Origin: Podarcis erhardii
Taxonomy: Eukaryota
Length of the DNA stretch: 64,000 nt
Assembly: GCA_964252035.1 (NCBI GenBank)
Contig: OZ176207.1
Reading direction: 5' to 3' (one strand)
The notes beneath the pieces are model-generated. The model was not told the origin of the DNA. It did no database searches and saw only the letters and a program-made list of their open reading frames with translations. Made by a program: the position numbers and the translations under genes. This document shows, in pieces, positions 12,659-22,800 of this stretch. Each line of letters opens with the position of its first letter. Within the stretch, counting starts at the first letter, position 1.

Positions 12659-14237
12659 TAGCTTGAAGCCCGCCCTGAGAAGCAGACAGTGCCAACCAAA
12701 TTGTACAGCATAGCTGTTGGGCAGGACTTCTGTGGATTAGAGGGTATGTTTGAAATCCTGCATCCATATCCTAGAGGCTTTGTCTACCAATTGTACCCTC
12801 TCCCTGTGGTTTATCCAGTCCTCCTTCCAGTCCTTGACATACTATTCAGAATTCTGCAGAACACCGAATACCACATTCAGAATAACCTGCGCAAATTGAT
12901 TAAACAGATGCCCTCTGTTATCTTGTTATAATGCAGTCTACATGAATGATTTGAGGTACATTAGTCTGGAAAGCTAAAAAGAAAAAGCTTAGCATGCACC
13001 ATTCCTAAAGATCTTTAAATTATTGTAATCCAATATCTGTCCCTCTTCCTCCTTTCTACCACTATCACTGTGGAAATTAGAAAAGAATCCAGATCATAGT
13101 ATTTATGATTAAAGAACTGCAGCCTTGTTATTATCTTTCTATGCATTTACATGTGACATGTGTTTTTTTAACAAGGCAAATGGTTATAAATTAATCGTAA
13201 CCCTCCAGACAAGCATCATTTGTAAGATGGCGTAACACATTAATTTCTCTTGCTCTTTTGCTGCATCTTGCAGCTTTGACCTGAATGAGAACTTCTTTAT
13301 CTCCTTCCAGCAGCATTCTGATGCCTTCTTCTCAGTTCATGAAGTTATAGGGAAGAGATGCAGAAAGAGCTTGAGTGGAGTAATTGACTGCAGTTCCTTT
13401 TAAAGAATGATGAAACTATAGTCTGCAATAGCGACAAAGACATTTCCTTGTTATTTTTTCTTCCCCAAAGGCCTTGAGATGAAAATGTTGCTTTCTATTT
13501 CTCTGTAGCTTTATGATCTTGAGTTTCTAGTAATGAATATATTATCTTCAATTTCAACTGTGTATGCCTCTTAACAAAAGTAAATTCCCACAAGTGTTCC
13601 AAAAGCAATTTATAACCCATTGGCCAAGTGAATGTTACATATCAAAGCTGGTCATTAAATAAATGTCAAACAAAATTATCTCGCATATCTTGGGGACTTA
13701 AGAAACCAGTGAAGGTCAAATGAAGTTCCCCTGGCATTTTCATGCAGCGGTTTTTATAATGAGATAACTCTCTTCTAATATATTGCATTGGTTTTATATC
13801 ATGTATCTAATATAAACAACTCATTTATTTCAGTTTGCTGTAAAAATGAATGCCTTTGGTTCAGGTAGTTGTTCCCCAGTGATAGATCCTATAATTCTTT
13901 GCAAAACAATGACTATATTTTTTATCTTCTCCTCTACATCAAAGACACTGTTCTTCCCTGCACTGCTGACTACCCAATATTGTGAGACTTCAGACAGATC
14001 ACTAGGGAACAATTTTTTTTCCATTTTCTGTTGCATGAGATTTTTCAGCTGTTCTTATATGTTCTTTCAATGCTGATTTCAAATCCGAAATCGATTTCTG
14101 TGTACATGCTATAGTTATCTTTCAATTTCTGACTTTTGCCAATATGTCATATTTACACTGGGGATAAGTGGACACTGACATGTTGATCTACCCTAACCAC
14201 ATGGTAATTATTGTTTTACAGACTTAATTTTTCTTTA

Positions 14238-14497
14238 CAGTGGTACCTCGGGATGCAAACGGGATCTGTTCCGGAGCCCCGTTCGCATCCTGAACGGAAC
14301 ACAAGACACGACAGCGCGTCTGCGCATGCGCGGGTCGCGTTTCGTCGCTACCGCGCATGCACGTGATGTCATTTTGCGCATCTGCGCATGCGCAAGCAGC
14401 GAAACCCGGAAGTAACGCACTCCGTTACTTCCGGGTTGCCACGGAGCGTAACTCGAACGCGCTCAACCCGAAGCGCATTCAACTCGAGGTATGACTG
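14238..14497. mobile_element. Tc1/mariner-type MITE, CpG-rich, about 2 kb upstream of NAPG
   Basis: TA|CAGTGGTACCTCG ... CGAGGTATGACTG|TA; internal 15-bp hairpin 14403-14437. Confidence 0.88.
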
Positions 14498-14975
14498 TAT
14501 TTTTATAGTTTTGTAACCTAAATATTTGTATTTTTCAGATTCCCTTCCCATTAACTCCAGTGGGAGGGAACAAGATAAACTATTGATCACTTTCCCCAGC
14601 CCTCACTTCTCACTGCACTTTTCTTGAGTTGTCCCATTCCTTTCCCAAGCAGAGAAGGGTCAGGATGTGATGTGGAGCTACTGCCAGGTGACCCAGGGCA
14701 GACTTTTTGAATTGGAGGATTCCTAGACATAAATTGTGCATCCTGACTGCACAGCCCTAGTAAACTAGCATATATTTACACTGCAATAGCACACACAAAA
14801 GCAAAATTTTGCACCTTTTGTAGGACACTCTTTGATTCTATAGATTGTGTAGTATAAAAGCAATAAATATCAAGAGAAAGAAACAGGATGCAGTGAATTC
14901 CTCTGTAAATAAATTCAGTTTTGAGAGCCATCTTGTTTAATGACACCAGGGAACTGCTCAATGTATGTTCATATA

Positions 14976-14989
14976 CAGCCCTCTGCTGG
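14976..14989 (-). promoter_or_regulatory. Candidate CTCF site
   Basis: reverse complement CCAGCAGAGGGCTG matches the CTCF core at 13/14 positions; motif only. Confidence 0.4.
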
Positions 14990-16269
14990 ACAGCATTTGT
15001 TACAATGTAAGTTAAACCAGAATTCTATTTTAAAAACCTTTACAATAGAACCCTTGTTGTCCCAGGATCTGTAATTTGTCCCAAATATCTGGGTATGTGT
15101 GTACAAGTATAAAGTAGTAGAGCATTGAGCAAAAGTATTCTGATACTTGATCTCTACATAAGAGAAGTTTTAGTGCAGTGCTAATGCAGAAATCACAGGA
15201 TATATATTATTATTTAACATTGTTGGGCTTGAAAACGGTCTCCATATATTTTTGCATCTGTTTCTGTTTTAGATAATTTTTGTTGTTTCATCCTAAATGT
15301 TCCAGGCCACAGTCTCTCTCATCATTTGTAATACAGTCAAATTCTTAAAGGTTTTCGCTGTCAATGTATATACATCTCAATCACAAACTTGTGCAAGAGT
15401 TTATATCTCACTTTCAGTAAGCAAAACCCTTGATGATTCTTACAATACTAATTTCCTAGTATTTGTGCAAGATTGTACTATACCCATTTGTAGGCAGAAA
15501 TCTAAGCTAACATGAAGCCTGCCCTGCAACATAAATCCTGGCGACACCCATGCTCAAAACACTCAATGATTATCAGCTAAGGTGGGAACTGAACCATGAC
15601 CAATGTAGCTCTCCACAACCCATGTTACCAAATAAGTCTATTTGCCAATTCTTCTAGCATGACCTTTTGTGATTCTGTTTCAAGTATTTAAGTACAGTAG
15701 TGCATATTAAGTACTGGTTTGTTCCTACAGTTTGCTTGTCACTAGGAAAATATAAAGTGCTTGCAAGATAACCTGCTATGATACCTTCCTAAAATGAAAT
15801 ACAGTACAGTATGAAGTAAAAGAATGGAATGCTCCACCTCATTTGACCAGTTCAGTCATATAAGCACAAATCAAATTATATTTCCATTCCGTTAGCAATA
15901 GATGACAAGAGCAGACACCCCCCCCCCCAAAATGTAGGTCACCTATTTGAGATGGTAGATGAAGATCTGTTATAATCTTTTGCAATGTTAAAGATTAATG
16001 TATTATAAGAAGACAGAAAAATGGCTATACATCTATAACAGCAGTAAGCAAGGCAATCTAATATAACTGGGGAAACTAATGTGCTATCACTGGAGGATTG
16101 GATATCAAAGGTTTGGGAAGCAGATCAAATGATAAGATTAACTAGCATTGTCAGGGTATGGGAAGAAAGGCAACGTCATGACCATTTTATTGAAAAATTG
16201 AGTGCTTTTTCATGTATTGAAACAAGGCGCATTTTTAATTTTTTTAATTGAAGCTGTCGTTCAAGAGAC

Positions 16270-16890
16270 CCATTTGTGGAACGCTGGCAGAATCCGCATT
16301 GACTTCGCAGGAGCGCGATGCTACGGAGTCAGACCCGCCCCTGGGCAGAACACCCTCTCTTCGCGCAAGCGCCCTTCGCGGAGACTCCGCCCTTCGCAGT
16401 TGTTTGGGTGCAGCGGCGTTCCTTACCCCCGCTAACGTCACGGCCTTGAATCCCTGCAGGTTCTGCGGGGCGACATGGCTGCCCAGAAGATCAACGAAGG
16501 CTTGGAGCACATCGCTAAAGCGGAGAAATAGTGAGCGAGGGGAGAGGGCGAAGGAAGCCGGCGAGGGACAAGGGAAGCCGGCTTGCCAGCCCTTGGGGAA
16601 GAGGCGGGCGAGTGGGGAGGCTCTACCCCGGGGCTGTGGCCGACTGCGCACCTCCAGCTCCCCATGGAGCAGTGCCGGGAGACGGGGCGGTTTCCCCCGG
16701 GGAGGAGCTGTGGGCGGAGGGAGCCCCTCTCGGACCCGCGCTCGTCTCTTGAGAGCAACTCCAGGCGGCTCTGCCTTGAGCTCCCCCGCCAGAAAAGAGG
16801 GGGGCGGTTTCTTGTTTGGGGTTTTGCGCTTATGCGCAGACAACACTTTGCATCCCTCAGGCATACCCTCGTCATCAGTGCGTCGTCCCC
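16270..16890 (+). promoter_or_regulatory. NAPG: CpG-island promoter / first exon region of NAPG
   Basis: abrupt GC- and CpG-rich segment around the ATG at 16475; GC boxes at about 16334-16340 and 16385-16392; half-CRE ACGTCA at 16435-16440. Confidence 0.8.
16475..16530 (+). CDS. NAPG: NAPG coding exon 1 (56 nt)
   Basis: MAAQKINEGLEHIAKAEK + TA, donor gtgag. Confidence 0.97.
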
Positions 16891-19800
16891 TTAATGGGGC
16901 TTGCTTGACCCAGGATGTTCAAGCCCTGAAGTATTGCGCACTTCCTTTCTCGCCCCCACCCCAACCTCTGTGGACTCTACCTTAATACTGTACAAAGTCG
17001 CGTCACTGGGCCACCCGACCTGTACTGGTTGCAGTACTTAGGTAGAGGCCATCACCACTCTTCCTAGATCCTGTTATGCTACGTCAGAGATTGAAACTAG
17101 AGGCCTGTGCACCAGTAAGCTGCAAAGATCATACATGTCCCCCCCAACCCAGCTATGTTTGAACCAGATAAATCTCTTTTTCTTTGTAGAATTAAAAAGG
17201 TTTGACTGTAAGACCTGATAGCTGGTCACCATTTTGACACATCTAGTGAAATTACTAGCCAGTAGGCAATCGCTGGTATGACAGTTGCAGCATCAAGTTC
17301 CTTAATGATGTAGCATATCGTTGTTATTACTATTTGTAAGAAAAGTAAGCAGTTTACAATAAAGAGGGGTTTTTTTTAATAAAACGAATTGTTATTAATT
17401 TCTTGGCTTATTCTACATTTCAGTTTGAAAACTGGATTATTAAAATGGAAGCCAGACTATGATAGTGCAGCAACTGAATATTCAAAAGCAGGTATGTTCT
17501 GCAAAATGTTGGCAGTTCTTTTTTGCAACCTTAAATATGTTTCATATGTTCCCTGGCAAAGCTAACTTCTATTGGCAGTTAAAGCAGTTTGTGGATTAAC
17601 TTGTTGAAATTCCACTAACCCACAGTGCTGTTTTCTTGCAGCAGTAGCTAACTGACCATTGTTCTGCATTTCTGAATAAATACATAGGGTAAAAATAGAC
17701 AGGCGATATATTCGGGGGTTTGTTTGAAATGCTAGATTGGTTTAATTTATAAAGGCTTTTCAGGAGCAAAACACTTCAAAATATCTAGGAAAAAGTATAT
17801 TTCTACATTCATGGGAGCCATCATTTCTGGGGGACCCAGGCAAGGGAAAAAACCCCAGCAGTCATTATATTAAGAAAACCAGAGGTTACCTTAGACTATT
17901 GATGGATGTCAGGTTGCACAGTATTTCCTAGTGGCTAGAGGTTGGAGTGTTGTCTAATCTTCTTAGGCCAAAGTATGTCTCTTGCAGCCTAATGCTATGC
18001 CTATTTACTTGGAAGTATGCCCTGCAGTGTGAAATGAAGCTTAATTTCAAGTATGCGTGCATAAAGATTGTAGCCATAACATTGTGAAAGCCTTTGATGC
18101 TAAAATGTGATTTTCTTTAAGATTCATATCATTATTCAGGATTACTACAAATAATAAAAAGTAATTCACATTTCATTAAAATTGCAAGAAATGTATGGCA
18201 TTAATTGATTTATGAATGTGATAATAAACTTGACAGGATCTGGGCAGAAATCACTTTGCTGAAGTAAAAATCCAAATTGTCTCTTAAAAGTTCCCTTCTA
18301 AATATGATTTCTGAGGTGTAGTAAATGGATATTACTATGTACATGCAAACACAGAATATAATATATTTTAATTTCTATTTCTTTTCAGCTGTTGCTTTTA
18401 AAAATGCCAAACAATATGATCAGGCAAAAGAAGCCTATTATAAAGAAGCACTCTGCCAGGAAAACAATAAAGCGTATCCTTTCATTAATTCTTGCTTTGC
18501 TTAAGGGTTTGAAAACATGACTATTGGACTGTTACTCCTTTTTTTTATTCCAAACGTTTAGTGAAATACTGATGTAATGTTTTCTATCATATTTAGGGGA
18601 GGAAATTCAAGAAGTTTCTCTGTTTACCACATGACTCATGACCACAGCTCTTGACGAGTGCTTCTTGAGACACTAGCTTTTGCATCTCCATTGGATCTTT
18701 TGCCTTTTTCAATCAAAAGTTTGAGCTAGAAAAGCTGCTTGTCACGATGCAGAAGGGTCTGTTGCTCCACAACCAAAAGTAGTAGTTTTGAAATGATCTG
18801 GATTGTTTTGTCCTTGTGGAATTATTTGGTCCATATATGAATGTTAACTTGTACCAATAGCATTCAAGTATCTACCCTCTTTAAAAACAGTTCAAGATTG
18901 AATATAGTATTTATTTCAGGAAGACATGGTATAATTTGTATCCTTGACTCAAAATGATTTACTTCCAGTCTCTTCCATGCTGCAAAGTAAGTATGAATGC
19001 AGTTTTAATTTGTTGAGAGCTCTTCAGTATATGGAAAATCTAATTGAGGTTGACACTCATCAAAATATAATTCAGCAATTCAGTGCACAGGAAGCTGGGA
19101 CAAAGGAAGCTGAAATAAGTTAAGCCAGTGTAAAGTTGCACCAGAGCCAAAGCCCATTCAGCAGTGAGGCAGTTGCTCTGCCTAAGCCTGGGCAAACAAA
19201 ATTAAGATTCAAGGCAAAACCTGTTTCTGGAGCAGTTACAAAGCAAATAATCAAAAAGCGCAGGTTTTTTTTTAATACTCCCCCCCCCCAAATCCTAATT
19301 GCCATATATACTCGAGTATAAGCCGACTTTTTCAGTACATTTTTTATGCTGAAAAGGCCCCCCTCGGCTTATACTCAAGTGAGGTGGGCAGCGGCAACAG
19401 AGGGACGAGCGACCTGAAAGGAGCCCTTTCTTGCCGCTGGTCCCACCGCTGCTGCCCGCCTCTCGCAACGGCAGGCACAGGAGCCGCAGTTGGGAGAGGC
19501 GCTGCGCTGCCCTGTGCCTCTCCCATCCGTGGGTCCCATGCCTACTCTTGCAAGCGGCAGAGGCAGCAGTGGAGGGATGAGCGGCCCGAAAGGAGCCCTT
19601 TCGGGCTGCTCCTTCCTCCTCCTCCACCTTTGCCGCTGTCGGCAGTGGCAGAGGAGGAATCTTTCGGAGTGCTTGTTCTTCGTCCGCTGCTACCGCCATC
19701 ACCAGGTTTGTGGTGTGGTGAACCGGCTTATACTCGAGTCAATAAGTTTTCCCAGTTTTTTGTACTAAAATTACGTGCCTTGGCTTATATTTGGGTCGGC

Positions 19801-22800
19801 TTATACTCGAGTATATATGGTACCTTGTGAGTTTTCTCGCATATTACAAAATTAGGTAGCAATAAGAGATGTACGGTTATGCATCTACTTTATATTTTAC
19901 TCTTTTAAAAAAAGGGACTTACTTTTTCCCCCGTGGACAGCCAGTGAGCTCCCCACACATCATCTCATGGGAGAGAGCTATAAATTCCCATTTCAAACCA
20001 AATCATGGAGAAAAAATCAAAGCACATGTAATTTAGATGTCTGGTTCTGTGCTGCATATTGCAGCGGAGTGAATAAGCTCCAAGATGCCTGCATCTTAGG
20101 ATTGTCTGTCCTATATTCTTTGGTATGATACACTTTAAATTCATTCACTTTCAGCACTGATTTAATTTTGCTTTGCTTTTCAGAGCTTATGAACAAGTTG
20201 GCATGATGTTAAAGGTATGGCCATTTCCAGTCAAACTCTATATTTGATTTGGTTACAACTAATTATTGGGTGTTTGTCCTGTGCAATGCTAATCCTGTAG
20301 TTTGATAAACTCGTTGGGTTTTTTTGTGGGTTTTTTTTTGTTTTTGTTTGTTTGTTTGTTTTTTGAGATTTTGAGTAGATTTTGCCAGGTTGCTAGGTCA
20401 CATGACTGAAATGGGTTTGGAATAAGTTTAGATAGTTTCTTTCCCTGCACCTGGCTCTCCTTTTTCGGTACTTATACCAGTGCAACTGAGCCAGGGTAGC
20501 AAGCCCAAGGTCTTCCAAATCCAAACTATTTCATTCTGGTGGCTCTTGGGTTTCAATTGTGCTGCTTGTATGATCCATTTATCAGCGAAGCCAGTACTTG
20601 GGATCTCAATCAGTACTACTTAATTGTCTTAAATTCAAGGACTCCTAACATCTTAATTGCCCTGTTTACTTCAAAGTAATTTTAATAGTAATATTAATAG
20701 GAAGGTGGTTCCTGGTAAGGAATTTCAACCTTTGTTGACTTGAAAGTCAGCTAATCTGTATTTAAAAGCTGTATCTTTTCAGCATGAAGAAATTTACACT
20801 TTTTGGTTAGGATAAAAGTGAGGGAAGGATATTTAGCTAACCCATTAAATAAACCTTTTCCAGGTGATTCTCACACGCATAGCCAATGCTTGAACCATCA
20901 CAGATCAACAACATAGGAAGTTTTCATATTGCCTCAAATGCAGTGCATCTTCGTGAAATACATACATTTAGATTTAAATCATAAAGTGTTGAAATAAAAT
21001 TGTATAAATGGGTGTTTGCAGTTGCCCCTAGGCATTCACTCTTTGCAAACTGTACGATTCTTGCAGGAATTTCTTTGCCTTTTTAATGTTTCCATCTACT
21101 AAAGATTGTTGTACTGATTTTTATCAAAGGGTTTAACAAAACTTTTAATAGTTTCAAATATGCAATGATGTGATAAAACTAAATGAAAGTATTAGATAGA
21201 CCTTGATTTGCCGTTTTTCCTGACAAACGTGAATCTCTTTCTTTCTCCTTTAGGAGATGAAACAACATCATGATGCAGTGGAAATGATTCAGAGAGCCAG
21301 CATGATGTACCTGGAGAATGGAACACCTGACACAGCAGCTATAGCCCTGGATCGGGCTGGGAAGTAAGTCTGCAAACTCAAAGCATTGGTTTCTTTTCTG
21401 GAAAAGACGTTTGATTTATCTAGTTTGCTTTAAAAAAAAAAGCCATCAAGTTAAATAATAATGTTGACTTTTTATTTCAGAGTAATAGAAAATATAAATC
21501 CAGACAAGGCTATACAACTTTATCAGCAGACAGCAGCAGTGTTTGAAGTAAGTTGCCTGAAACCAATATAGTATGTTCCCCAGGAAATGTGTTGAGAATG
21601 GCAGAGAATAAAATTTAAAAGGTGAACAGCAGTCAAGTCCTATTGCAAAAGAGTGAAACTTCAGATGTGCTTATTAAATGTCTTCTTGTCTCTGGTCTTT
21701 CTGACAGCACTGCTGAATTCTTTTTTTGCATGAGTCTTACTACTTTCATCAGCAAATGTCATTTGCTTTGTATAGTATATACGCCATAAGAGTAGATAAC
21801 AAAGCCTAAATGGGGCTAGAAAATTGGGGCCAAGCTTGGCAAGCACGTAAACAGGCAAGCTATCTGTCTTCACCTTTTCAACTCAGGACAAACAGTTTTT
21901 AAAATGCAATGTTTACCTTGCAGGGCCTACATTTATTCCATTAAATGCTGCAACTTTTCTGGAATTTCATGTTCCAGTTAAGCTTACTCAGAGAGGTTTG
22001 GGTCACCCAGCTGATAGAGCTGTGTATTAAGGCAAGTAAACTGGAGAGGATTTTACCTGACAAATCATTTATGTTCTTATATGATTTTGGTTTCTTATCT
22101 AGAATGAAGAACGTTTACGACAAGCAGTTGAAATGTATGGAAAAGCTTCAAGGCTTTTAGTCAGAGGTCGCAGGTGGGCATCCTAACTTTTGTATTCCTT
22201 TTTAAAAATGAAATCATTCTCATGGCACTGCCAGCTGATGAAGCTATTGCATAAATTCACAGTTGATCATTAAATTATTGCATGATATCTAGATGACATT
22301 CATCCATGTTGGGGTGGGGGAATTACAATTTCCTAGCTTGCAAACTTTTAAATTGTCTTCTTGGGAAATAGATTCTTCCTGTAGCATGGCATCTACTATA
22401 ACTGACTTTCAAATGAAACGGATATTTCATTTAAGAATTAAAATGTTGTGGGCATCTATTGGCTGGTAACTGCAAAGTCACTGAAGCCAAAGGAGACAAA
22501 CTCATTCCTTTCGTGTCCACTTACCATTCTTTTAAAAAAATACAACAAACATTGAAAATGGGCAAAGCTATCCCTATCTCAGTAATGTTTCATTTAGCTC
22601 AGTTGCTAGAATGTGAGAATCTTAATCTCAAGATTGAGGGTTTGAGTCCCATGTTGGGCAGAAAGATTCCTGCATTGCAGGAGTTTGGACTAAAGGACCC
22701 TCATGGTCCCTTCCAACTCTACAATTCTAAGATTCTACTGCCTTTTCTTTAGAGCTGTATATGCTCATTGAATCCCATCTCCCCAGCAGCAAAATTAGTC

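Noticed and set aside
13830-14036. 68-aa minus-strand ORF with protein-like composition (MQQKMEKK...)
   Set aside because: No recognisable homology, closed upstream by TAA; noted only as context for the possible kinase relic
1-16200. Looked for APCDD1 coding exons (expected upstream neighbour from mammalian synteny)
   Set aside because: No recognisable APCDD1 peptide in any frame; the gene probably ends before the window
16244-16985. Overlapping ORFs of 206-245 aa on both strands
   Set aside because: Stop-poor GC-rich CpG island around NAPG exon 1; the real coding part is only 56 nt
19295-19830. ORFs of 92-148 aa in NAPG intron 4
   Set aside because: Lie inside the GC-rich MITE; no transposase motifs
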